From contig CAVYGQ010000001.1 in assembly GCA_963768175.1 (NCBI GenBank), positions 702,305-766,304 on the forward strand: a stretch of 64,000 nucleotides of DNA, read 5' to 3'. The position numbers and the translations under genes are program-made. Below the pieces are notes generated by a model. It did no database searches, had not been told where the DNA came from, and worked only from the letters and a program-made list of their open reading frames with translations. Below are positions 1 to 8,520 of this stretch, piece after piece. This stretch comes from Candidatus Doudnabacteria bacterium (GTDB taxonomy: Bacteria; Patescibacteriota; Doudnabacteria; UBA920). Every line of letters begins with the position of its first letter. Position 1 is the first letter of the stretch.

Positions 1-366
1 GCTCCTCGGCCAAGTAATTCAAATTTTCCTGCAAGGTGCCGGACAATTCGCCGATGCGGATTAAATTTAACGCGAAAGCGCCAAAAATCTTGCGGAAACG
101 CTCCAGGCTGACGTGTAGATACTGTCCGTTTTCCACGTCTTTAGCCAACACCTCCAAAATTTGCGCGGTGGATTTGCTGCCGGCCTGGGACTTTAGCAAA
201 TTCACGCACTTTAAAATCGGCATGCCGGATTTCAGCAAAATGGACAGCCGTTTGACAATCATAATTTTTTCTTTGGCCGACAATCGCAAGAAATATTGCT
301 TGGGAACTGCGGCTTCCGTTGCCGCGTAAAGCGGCGCAGCGGCTGATTTTTTGGTTCGTGGATTCA
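1..366 (-). CDS. pilC: Type II secretion / type IV pilus platform protein (GspF/PilC family), N-terminal fragment. The gene runs off the window start.
   Basis: The reverse-complement reading frame starts ATG at 366. Translation MNPRTKKSAAAPLYAATEAAVPKQYFLRLSAKEKIMIVKRLSILLKSGMPILKCVNLLKSQ... resembles the T2SSF N-terminal helical domain. It lies immediately downstream (minus strand) of pilB. It is absent from the ORF table because it is truncated by the window edge. Confidence 0.55.
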
Positions 367-541
367 TAATTTATAGCTTTCTTCGGCATCGAATTTACTT
401 CGGGCCGAAGAAAAACTTCTCCGAAAAATTTGGGTTCCCTAAATTTCTGAAAGAAATTAAGGGCTTCCAAAAAGATAGGATTTCTGCCTTCGGCAGAAAT
501 GGTTGGAAAGAAAAAACTGGTAAGTTTTGTCTTTCCAAATT

Positions 542-1975
542 CTATTCGTACAGCATCCTAAACACTTCTTCAATGGTGGTTATGCCGGCCGCGGCTTTCC
601 CCGCGCCGTCCTGAAACATGGTTACCATCCCCTGCCCCACCGCCAGTTTTTGGATCTCGCCGGCCGTGGCTTTACGCAAAATGGCATCACGGATAGTCTG
701 GTCAAGCAATAATACTTCATGCACGCCTATCCGGCCGCGATAACCGCTTTGGCTGCACTTCTCGCAACCCCGACCATAGTAGAAAACTGGCAACTCGGAC
801 TTATTTTTTAAACCAAAGGCTTCAATAAGCCTCTTTGACTCTTCCAGTGACAACTTTTTTTCCGTACGGCAAAATCCGCAAATTTTCCGCAACAGGCGCT
901 GACCAATAGCCACGTTGACGGTGGAAGCAATTAAATAAGGTTCTATGTGCAAATCCAAAAGCCGGGGCAAAGTGGTGGCGGCATCGTTGGTATGCAGGGT
1001 GGAAAATAGCAAGTGGCCGGTCAGCGCGGTGTTTACGGCCAACCCCGCGGTTTCCTGGTCGCGGATTTCGCCCACCATAATAATGTTGGGGTCCTGCCGC
1101 AAAATACTGCGCAGGCCGTTGGCAAAAGTTAGGCCGGTGCGGGAATTGACCTGTATTTGATGGATGCCTTCCAAAGAATATTCTATGGGGTCTTCCACGG
1201 TGACAATGGAAACTTCTTTGTTGCTGATCATTTTAATCAGCGTATATAAAGTGGTGGTCTTACCACTTCCGGTGGGACCGGTGGCCAAAATCATGCCATA
1301 AGGTTTTTTTATGGCACGCAGGATTTTTTCCTGGTTTAATTTGGAAAAACCCAAGGCGTCCAGATTAAATTCCGCGGCCTGGTCGGAAAGCAGGCGCAAA
1401 ACCGCGTTCTCGCCGTAATAGGTCGGCACCACGGACACGCGGACGTCAACGGGAGCCGGCAAATTCTCGTCCCAGCGGAAACGGCCGTCCTGGGCCGCCT
1501 GGTGCTCGTCAATGCGCAGGCCGGCCAAAATTTTTATGCGGGAAATAATTTCCGCGTGGAGGCCTTTGGGGAAACTTTCCGCGTCCTGCAAGACGCCGTC
1601 CACGCGCAGGCGCACGTTGACTCCCTGCTTACCGGGATCTATGTGGATATCCGAAGCCCGGTGGTTGTAAGCGTTCTCTATAATCTGGTTTACTATACTT
1701 ACAATGGAAAGTTTGGGCGTGACCAAAGCCGCGCCCTCGGCAATGGCGCGGGCCGCGTGCCCGGCCGCTTTGATAATCGGCTGGGCGGCTTCGGAAACCG
1801 CTTCTATTGCGGCCGCAGCCGGATTGTGGCCGGCGGTATGGTCTTGGCTGTCAACCTTAATCTGCGGCGCGGCGGAAAAAGCCTTACCTTTAATTTTAAC
1901 CTTAATTGAGCCTTGTTCTTGCTTCCGCTGGTCTTTGCCAAAACCTAAATTTATACCTTTTAATCCAAAAAACAT
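542..1975 (-). CDS. pilB: Type IV pilus assembly / T2SS ATPase (GspE/PilB family)
   Basis: 477 aa. Walker A motif GPTGSGKTTTLY. C-terminal CxxC...CxxC tetracysteine (CGFC...CEKC). Overall secretion-ATPase architecture. Confidence 0.9.
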   Translation of the reverse strand: MFFGLKGINLGFGKDQRKQEQGSIKVKIKGKAFSAAPQIKVDSQDHTAGHNPAAAAIEAVSEAAQPIIKAAGHAARAIAEGAALVTPKLSIVSIVNQIIENAYNHRASDIHIDPGKQGVNVRLRVDGVLQDAESFPKGLHAEIISRIKILAGLRIDEHQAAQDGRFRWDENLPAPVDVRVSVVPTYYGENAVLRLLSDQAAEFNLDALGFSKLNQEKILRAIKKPYGMILATGPTGSGKTTTLYTLIKMISNKEVSIVTVEDPIEYSLEGIHQIQVNSRTGLTFANGLRSILRQDPNIIMVGEIRDQETAGLAVNTALTGHLLFSTLHTNDAATTLPRLLDLHIEPYLIASTVNVAIGQRLLRKICGFCRTEKKLSLEESKRLIEAFGLKNKSELPVFYYGRGCEKCSQSGYRGRIGVHEVLLLDQTIRDAILRKATAGEIQKLAVGQGMVTMFQDGAGKAAAGITTIEEVFRMLYE

Positions 1976-2203
1976 AATTTTTTGGCTTAGTCAAATAAAT
2001 CCTGATAAACGGGCGTTAAATTTAAGCCTCGCATAAGCGTTTGTCAGTAAAACTGACTATACCACAAAGCTTAAATTCCGTAAAGCCCCCTATGGCTGCT
2101 TTAAATACCAAAAAATCCCCCTAACTTTAGGCTGGGAGGATTTTTTATTTTATTTCTTCGGCGAGATTTTTTCCCCGTTTCCGAAAATAACTTGGTCCTA
2201 CCG

Positions 2204-2422
2204 TTACTTCCGGTCGGTATCGGGTATTAAACCCTGCCTGATTAACGCCGAGCGCTGCATGATAATTTCCGCGTCTTTTCCGCGGAAAAGACAAATTCTG
2301 CCGCAACCGCGGCACTTGACTTCCAACGCGCTTTGCGCGCCCTGCAAAAAGCCCTTGCATAAGAGCTTGTTGCAGTCCGGGCAGCGATACTCTGGTAAAG
2401 ATTTTAAATCTATGTCGTCCAT
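2204..2422 (-). CDS. Small zinc-ribbon protein (CxxC x2)
   Basis: 72 aa with CPDCNKLL...CRGCGRIC, Com-like zinc ribbon. A hairpin terminator lies downstream at ~2110-2150. Confidence 0.4.
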   Translation of the reverse strand: MDDIDLKSLPEYRCPDCNKLLCKGFLQGAQSALEVKCRGCGRICLFRGKDAEIIMQRSALIRQGLIPDTDRK

Positions 2423-2519
2423 CTTTAAAAATCCGGTTTAAATTTTTTGCGGGTCAAGCGTATAATAGTCTAAACCTTTTTGCGTGTCAATATTTGCATT
2501 ATCTTGTTCGCGCATAAAA

Positions 2520-2556
2520 AAGACCGCCCTCTCTCCCAGTCAGACCAGGAGAGCGG
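2520..2556 (-). terminator. Rho-independent terminator downstream of the PEP-CTERM gene
   Basis: Hairpin ccgccctctctcc...ggagagcgggcgg, followed on the minus strand by TTTTTT. Confidence 0.55.
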
Positions 2557-2595
2557 GCGGTGTGCAGTCCAAGGGCGGCTAAAGGCTGGCTTCCT

Positions 2596-3210
2596 TTACC
2601 ACCGCTGAAGGCGGCGGTAAAGAGGCCCAACAATCAACAGGCCGAGGCCGAGCAGGACCAAGGTGCCAGGTTCGGGAATTTTGGGGGGTGCCGAACCCTC
2701 ATTAAAGAGCTGGCCTACCCAGCTGCACTGATTGCCTGTCTCAAGCAAGACGTAGGCGTGGCTCCAGTCGTAATTGCCGACCGAAGCCAAAACCGCCGCC
2801 ACTTGCGCCTTTTGGGCCGGAGTCAGTGGAAAATCAGCCGGATCTGTGAAATTCCAGATCTCATGCTGCAAGGACACGTCCAGCGCTTGATCGGTAGGGC
2901 TGAACCCCTGACCAAGCAGGAACATGGCCTTGAACTGATCCACAGTTAAGCCGAGCACACCGGCCAAGCCGGTCGGGTCGGCCAACGACACCACGATGAC
3001 GTTCCATTGGTTTTGCGTAATGTGGTCTTTCGCGTCAATGCACCACATCGTAATGAGTAACTCGTTAAGTTTCCCGGCAGCGTCTGCGACATAGTACGTC
3101 CCGTCGGTAAACCCTGCGGGGTAATTAACGAAGGTTAGGGTATCCGCGGCTGCAGTAGCCGGGACCAAAGCGATGATCAACAACATGAGGTACAGCAGGC
3201 ATCGTCTCAT
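2596..3210 (-). CDS. Secreted protein with C-terminal PEP-CTERM sorting signal
   Basis: 204 aa. N-terminal signal peptide MRRCLLYLMLLIIALVPATAAA. C-terminus ...PKIPEPGTLVLLGLGLLIVGPLYRRLQRW, a PEP motif plus TM helix plus basic tail. Strong SD (aaggagga) upstream. Local GC ~58% versus ~46% in the flanks. Confidence 0.6.
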   Translation of the reverse strand: MRRCLLYLMLLIIALVPATAAADTLTFVNYPAGFTDGTYYVADAAGKLNELLITMWCIDAKDHITQNQWNVIVVSLADPTGLAGVLGLTVDQFKAMFLLGQGFSPTDQALDVSLQHEIWNFTDPADFPLTPAQKAQVAAVLASVGNYDWSHAYVLLETGNQCSWVGQLFNEGSAPPKIPEPGTLVLLGLGLLIVGPLYRRLQRW

Positions 3211-3566
3211 TGATAGAGAGATCCTCCTTGTCGTCTCCCAACAGGCTCTTACAGCAGCCCGCAGGGTAAATAATTATACCATATACCGTTTTGACAAGTA
3301 AACCCCGGCACCACGCCTTTACAGGCGTGGCCTTAGGGAATTACGCTGCGCGTTTTTATAGCATTCATCCCCATCTTTACAGATGGGGCTTTCTGCGTGG
3401 TGCGGGGTAAATGGACAAAAAACAGCCTTCATAGGCTGTCTTTGACAAGATCCCCAATCCACGGATCCCTTATTAAAATTTTGTCTTAAAACCCAAAACA
3501 AAAGTTATAATACTTTTTTCAAATACCCCGCACCATTCGTCTGACTCAGGTACGGGGCAAGCTGCC

Positions 3567-6539
3567 CTACAATACTTTTTTCAGATATTGGCCGGTGTAA
3601 GAAGCCTTAACTTTTGCTAAATCTTCGGGCGTGCCAATGGCCACAACCTGGCCGCCTTTGTCTCCGCCTTCCGGGCCTAAGTCCACAACCCAGTCCGCGG
3701 TTTTTATCATATCCAAATTGTGTTCAATAACCACCACGGTGTTGCCTTTGTCCACCAGTTTATTTAGCACGCTGATTAAGCGCTTGACGTCGGCAAAATG
3801 CAAACCCGTGGTCGGCTCATCCAGCAAATACAGAGTCCGCCCAGTGGAGGCGCGCGAAAGTTCCGTGGCCAGCTTAATCCGCTGCGCCTCGCCGCCGGAA
3901 AGCGTAGTGGCGTTTTGCCCCAGGCACATATAGCCCAAACCGACCTGGCTTAAGGTTTCCAGTTTTTTGTGGATTTGCGGCAGATTGGCGAAAAAGATTT
4001 TGGCCTCGTCCACGGTCATTTCCAAAACATCGGCAATGGTTTTGTCTTTGTAATGGATTTCCAAAGCCTGCTGGTTGTAGCGCTTACCGCCGCATTCTTC
4101 GCAGGTAATGTAAACGTCGGGCAAAAAATTCATTTCCACCATAATGACCCCGTCGCCGGCGCACTTTTCACAGCGGCCGCCTTTAACGTTAAAGCTGAAC
4201 CGGCCGGCCTTGTAGCCGCGCATGCGGGCTTCCCTGGTGTCGGCAAAAATATCGCGGATCGGGGTAAACAGGCCGGTATAGGTGGCCGGGTTGCTGCGGG
4301 GGGTGCGGCCAATGGGGCTTTGGTCTATGTTGATGATTTTGTCTATATGCTCCACGCCAAGGATTTTTTTGTGTTTGCCCGGCTCTTCCTTGCTGTTGTA
4401 AAAATACTTGTAAAGCGCGCGGGCCAAAATATCGTGGAACAGCGTGGATTTGCCGCTGCCGGAAACGCCGGTCACGCAGATAAATTTTCCCAACGGGAGG
4501 TCCACGTTAATTTCCTTTAAATTAAACTCCGCGGCGCCAAAAATGGAAAGTTTGCGCCCGTTGCCCGGCCGCCTTCTTTTGGGCACTTCTATAAATTCCC
4601 TGCCGGCCAAATACTGGCCGGTCAGGCTTTTAGCGCTTTTTTGTATATCCCTGGGCGTACCCTCGGCCACCAATTCCCCGCCGTGCTTGCCGGCGCCCGG
4701 GCCGATGTCCACCACCCAGTCGGCTTCGCGGATGGTTTCTTCGTCGTGCTCCACCACAATTACCGTGTTCCCCAAGTCGCGCAAATCTTTTAGGGTCTGC
4801 AAAAGTTTGCGGTTGTCGCGCTGGTGCAAACCGATGGAAGGCTCGTCTAATATATAAAGAACGCCGGTTAGGCCCGAGCCGATTTGCGTGGCCAAACGGA
4901 TGCGCTGGGCTTCCCCGCCGGAGAGGCTGTCGGCGGCGCGGTCCAAAGACAAATACGCCAACCCGACGTTAAGCAAAAAAGCCAAACGGCCGCTGACCTC
5001 CTTTAGCACCTGTTTGGCAATGGCCAAATCTTTTTGGTTTAAGGTCTTGTTTAAATCCCGAAAAAAATTAAAGGCGGCCTGGATGTTCATGGCCGAGGCG
5101 TCCACAATTCCCACTCCGCCCACCAGCACGGCCAAAACTTCGGGCTTAAGGCGTTTGCCCTGGCAGGACGGGCATCGGCGCACGCGCATATAATTTTCTA
5201 TTTCGCTGCGCATGTATTCGGAATCGGTTTCGCCGTAGCGGCGCTCCAAATTCGGGATAACGCCTTCAAAAGCGGTGTTCATCTCAAACTCGCCGTCGCG
5301 GGTGGAAAATTCGCCCATGACTTTAACTTTTTGCCCGCCGGTACCGTAAAGGATTATGTCTATAAATTTTTTGGGCAAATCTTTAACGGGCGTATTCACG
5401 GAAAAACCGTACTCTCTGGCTACGGCCTGCAGGATGCGGCTATACCAGGACAGGCGCGACGTGGTTTTGCTCCAGGGGCGGATGGCGCCTTCGGCCAAAG
5501 TCAAACGCTGGTTGGGCATAACCAAATCCGGCTCCACGGTCAGCTTATTGCCCAGGCCTTTGCATTCCGGGCAGGCGCCATGCGGGTTGTTAAAACTAAA
5601 ATCCCGCGGATCAAGTTCGGAGAACTGCACGTGGCCTTCCGGACAGGCGAATTTTTGCGACAGTACAATCTCCTGCGGAGATTGTACCTTATTACTCTCT
5701 CCCTTCTTGTCCGCCGAAGCTTTCTTGTCCAACGTAGCCTTGGCGGAGTCGGAAGCGAAGGCGGATGGGAGAGAGTGCCCCGAACGAAGTGAGGGGGAGA
5801 GAGGGTTATTAAAATCTTCGACTTTTACCACCATCGCAATCCCATCCCCAAGGTCCAAAGCTTTCTCCAGTGATTCCGAAAGTCTGCCCTTGTCTTGAGG
5901 ATTGATGCTCAAACGGTCCACCACCACGTCTATGTTGTGCTTTTTTTGCTTATCCAAATTCAGCCGCTCGGCCTCGTTTAAATCCATAACCGTCTTGTCC
6001 ACGCGGACGCGGGCAAAACCGGCTTTCTTGATTTGTTCAAAAATCACGCGGTGTTCGCCTTTTTGGTCTTTAATAAACGGCGCCAGCAAAATAATTTTCG
6101 TGCCGGGCTTAAAACTCAACAGTTGCTCCACCATGGCGGCAATGGTTTGCCCCTGGATTTTTTTGCCGCAAACCGGACAGTGCGGCTGGCCGATGCGCGC
6201 CCAAAGCAGGCGCATGTAGTCGTAAATTTCCGTAACCGTGCCCACGGTTGACCTGGGGTTATGCGAAGCGGATTTTTGGTCTATGGATATTGCCGGGCTA
6301 AGGCCTTCTATTTTGTCCACGTCCGGTTTGTCCATCAGGCCAATAAACTGCCGCGCGTAGGCGGAAAGCGATTCCACATAGCGGCGCTGGCCTTCGGCGT
6401 AAATGGTGTCAAAAGCCAAAGACGACTTGCCGGATCCTGACAGGCCGGTTAACACCACCAGCTTGTTCCGTGGCAAATCTACGTCCAAATTTTTTAAATT
6501 GTGCTGCCGCGCCCCGCGGATGGAAATTTTGTCGTACAT
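3567..6539 (-). CDS. uvrA: Excinuclease ABC subunit A
   Basis: 990 aa. [14 protein letters not shown], duplicated ABC ATPase domains, zinc fingers (CPxC). An extra ~40-aa low-complexity segment is encoded by the palindromic element at 5694-5806. Confidence 0.95.
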   Translation of the reverse strand: MYDKISIRGARQHNLKNLDVDLPRNKLVVLTGLSGSGKSSLAFDTIYAEGQRRYVESLSAYARQFIGLMDKPDVDKIEGLSPAISIDQKSASHNPRSTVGTVTEIYDYMRLLWARIGQPHCPVCGKKIQGQTIAAMVEQLLSFKPGTKIILLAPFIKDQKGEHRVIFEQIKKAGFARVRVDKTVMDLNEAERLNLDKQKKHNIDVVVDRLSINPQDKGRLSESLEKALDLGDGIAMVVKVEDFNNPLSPSLRSGHSLPSAFASDSAKATLDKKASADKKGESNKVQSPQEIVLSQKFACPEGHVQFSELDPRDFSFNNPHGACPECKGLGNKLTVEPDLVMPNQRLTLAEGAIRPWSKTTSRLSWYSRILQAVAREYGFSVNTPVKDLPKKFIDIILYGTGGQKVKVMGEFSTRDGEFEMNTAFEGVIPNLERRYGETDSEYMRSEIENYMRVRRCPSCQGKRLKPEVLAVLVGGVGIVDASAMNIQAAFNFFRDLNKTLNQKDLAIAKQVLKEVSGRLAFLLNVGLAYLSLDRAADSLSGGEAQRIRLATQIGSGLTGVLYILDEPSIGLHQRDNRKLLQTLKDLRDLGNTVIVVEHDEETIREADWVVDIGPGAGKHGGELVAEGTPRDIQKSAKSLTGQYLAGREFIEVPKRRRPGNGRKLSIFGAAEFNLKEINVDLPLGKFICVTGVSGSGKSTLFHDILARALYKYFYNSKEEPGKHKKILGVEHIDKIINIDQSPIGRTPRSNPATYTGLFTPIRDIFADTREARMRGYKAGRFSFNVKGGRCEKCAGDGVIMVEMNFLPDVYITCEECGGKRYNQQALEIHYKDKTIADVLEMTVDEAKIFFANLPQIHKKLETLSQVGLGYMCLGQNATTLSGGEAQRIKLATELSRASTGRTLYLLDEPTTGLHFADVKRLISVLNKLVDKGNTVVVIEHNLDMIKTADWVVDLGPEGGDKGGQVVAIGTPEDLAKVKASYTGQYLKKVL
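5694..5806. repeat. Palindromic element inserted in frame into uvrA
   Basis: Arms ctctctccc / gggagagag (repeated). Encodes [40 protein letters not shown] in the UvrA frame. Confidence 0.55.
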
Positions 6540-6576
6540 GTAGCGACCCTAATTACCCGAATGTCATCCGAATTAT

Positions 6577-6595
6577 CCGAATGGGCCCAATTCGG
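6577..6595. promoter_or_regulatory. Inverted repeat CCGAATGGGCCCAATTCGG upstream of uvrA, within an array of CCGAAT/ATTCGG repeats. Candidate operator.
   Basis: Palindrome ~60 nt upstream of the uvrA start (6539, minus). Surrounding 6555-6620 contains >=6 copies of the CCGAAT/ATTCGG hexamer. Confidence 0.3.
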
Positions 6596-6669
6596 GTCAT
6601 TCGGGTATAATTCGTAAATTCGGGTCGATAAATAAATGAGATAGACTGGTAGCAATTTTACCACATATG

Positions 6670-7600
6670 TCAAGAGAGGGCAAGAGCCTAAGGGCGGGTA
6701 TACTAGGGCAGTTGGAACAAGAGTAATATACAGTTTATGATAATTAACACTCTTGTTTTATGATAGCTCTCTTAAACCAAATACCGTCGGAAGCCAAAAT
6801 TAAGCAACAATTAAGGAAAATCGTTTTCGGAAAGAATTTGGCCTGTCCCAGGTGCCGCAGCAGAAAAGTGTATTCATCAGAAAACCGTTATCGCTGCCAG
6901 AGATGCCGCAAACCCTTTGGCCTGCTGACTGGCACTTGGCTTTCAGGGATGAAATTAAACCTCAGAACTTTCTACGCTCTACTCTGGTGCTGGACTCAAA
7001 GGATTCCCGTACTTCAGTCCCAGAAACTCTGCCATGTGGGGGAAGAAGCGGTTTACCACTGGTTTAGGCAATTTCGATTGCATTTGCCCGATTTACAGCC
7101 CATTTTAACAGGCTGTGTCCAAATGGATGAAGCTTACTTTAAACAACTTTCATTACTATTGGCTAAGCAAGTCGGGAGTAAAAAACTGGCGCATCAAGTT
7201 ATTTTTAAAAATTCTGTTAACAAGACTGAAGCCTCGCAATTCATTTTTCAAAGCATAGAGCCTAACACTAAGCTGCAAACCGACGGCTCAGGCATCTACA
7301 AAAAGATTGAGCAGTGGTGGCAGGTGAAGCATAAAGTTGATATACACAAAAAATTTGAGTTTGGATTAACCTCTGAAATTGAAGGCATGTTTGGCAACCT
7401 CAGGACTTTTATCCGACGGATGTACCACCATACTACCCCAGAATACCTGCCGGAATATGTGAGTGAATTTTGCCTCAGGTTTTCCTCACCGGAAATCTTT
7501 AGTTCGCCTAATGTTTACTTATCTAAAACGCTGAAATCTGTTCCATTTGACTAGGAATACCCCTAAGGGCTAATATTCCCCCTCTTAAGATAAAGATGTT
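6670..7600 (+). mobile_element. IS1595-family insertion sequence (approximate ends)
   Basis: Single transposase ORF. Imperfect terminal inverted repeats (caagagaggg...cctaagggc at ~6672-6700 versus gcccttagg...cccctcttaag at ~7561-7600). Sits between uvrA and a GC-rich block. Confidence 0.45.
6760..7554 (+). CDS. IS1595-family (ISXO2-like) DDE transposase
   Basis: 264 aa. N-terminal zinc ribbon CPRCRS...CQRCRK. LTGTWLSGMKLNLRTFYALLWCW helix motif. ...VQMDEAYF... and ...QTDGSGIYKKI... segments match the IS1595 DDE domain layout. Confidence 0.75.
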   Translation: MIALLNQIPSEAKIKQQLRKIVFGKNLACPRCRSRKVYSSENRYRCQRCRKPFGLLTGTWLSGMKLNLRTFYALLWCWTQRIPVLQSQKLCHVGEEAVYHWFRQFRLHLPDLQPILTGCVQMDEAYFKQLSLLLAKQVGSKKLAHQVIFKNSVNKTEASQFIFQSIEPNTKLQTDGSGIYKKIEQWWQVKHKVDIHKKFEFGLTSEIEGMFGNLRTFIRRMYHHTTPEYLPEYVSEFCLRFSSPEIFSSPNVYLSKTLKSVPFD

Positions 7601-7685
7601 ATTTAAGCCAAAACGAAACCGGATCCATACCTAATTTATCTCAAAGAGATAATTTAGATGCGGATCCGGGTATTGCGATTCCGGG

Positions 7686-8030
7686 TCATGGCGATGTGAT
7701 ATTCCTGAGGATCTCATTTAGCAGTTGCTTCCACTCCGGTGCAGGAAGTGTAACGGCCGCGAAGACGAGAGCCCCGAGAGCCAAAGCCAGAACGATGATG
7801 CAGAAGGCTTTCATCGGCGCACGAACGGTTGCGCGATACGCCCACTTTGCGCCATCTCTGACGATTCCGACGGTAACGAGAATCGTAACTACGAGAAGTG
7901 CTACTACGAGGAGGAAGTCGTCGAAGAAGATGTCGGTTTCGCTATCATCCCGCTTCCACTTCTTCTCCATCGGCCGGCTCCGCTCGCAACCGAGGTCTTT
8001 TGCTCTCTCCGGCGTCATCATTGCCTGCAT
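7686..8030 (-). CDS. Hypothetical membrane protein (GC-rich orphan)
   Basis: 114 aa, two predicted TM helices. ~55-58% GC, unlike the flanks. Confidence 0.3.
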   Translation of the reverse strand: MQAMMTPERAKDLGCERSRPMEKKWKRDDSETDIFFDDFLLVVALLVVTILVTVGIVRDGAKWAYRATVRAPMKAFCIIVLALALGALVFAAVTLPAPEWKQLLNEILRNITSP

Positions 8031-8038
8031 GGCTCCTC

Positions 8039-8299
8039 CTAGCAGGCCACCTTGACGCAGTTGGCGACCTCCAAGAATTGCTTGAGGTCGTTCTCGGTGA
8101 GCTGACGGTAAAACTTAACCTCATACGTTCCGTTGGCCCGCCGCCTGTAAGTCCTCACCCGGGTATCGCGAATCAAAAATGTTGCCAAGGCATCCTCGGA
8201 GACGCCCTCAGCGGGCTTTACAACCACCCACTGAATCCCGGGACGAATAGCTGGCTGATGCACCAGCTCGCCTTCTACCAACGAAATCCTTGTAGACAA
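8039..8299 (-). CDS. Hypothetical protein (GC-rich orphan)
   Basis: 86-aa ORF in the same GC-rich block, immediately upstream of the 7686-8030 ORF. Confidence 0.3.
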   Translation of the reverse strand: MSTRISLVEGELVHQPAIRPGIQWVVVKPAEGVSEDALATFLIRDTRVRTYRRRANGTYEVKFYRQLTENDLKQFLEVANCVKVAC

Positions 8300-8520
8300 A
8301 ACATCCTCCTTCTGGCCGGGATTGCCGGCCCAACTGATACAAATCCAATAACCAGAAACTACCAGATAATAGACATCCGGTCAAGGTGCGATTATAATTA
8401 TTTGAGATACCGATATACAGATTCATTCGGATGATACTGATAATACAGATACCTTTTTCAATACGCATCAGTATTGTCCGTATCATCGGTATTCATATCC
8501 GTATATCAGTATCATATTTT

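Noticed and set aside
945-2036. Plus-strand ORFs (945-1160, 1502-1909, 1704-2036) overlapping pilB
   Set aside because: Antisense shadow ORFs of the well-supported pilB gene.
3631-6251. Multiple plus-strand ORFs (3631-3933, 3969-4520, 4444-4857, 4888-5193, 5331-5898, 5902-6251) inside the uvrA locus
   Set aside because: They are antisense to, or out of frame with, the clearly conserved 990-aa uvrA. They are shadow ORFs with no coding signal of their own.
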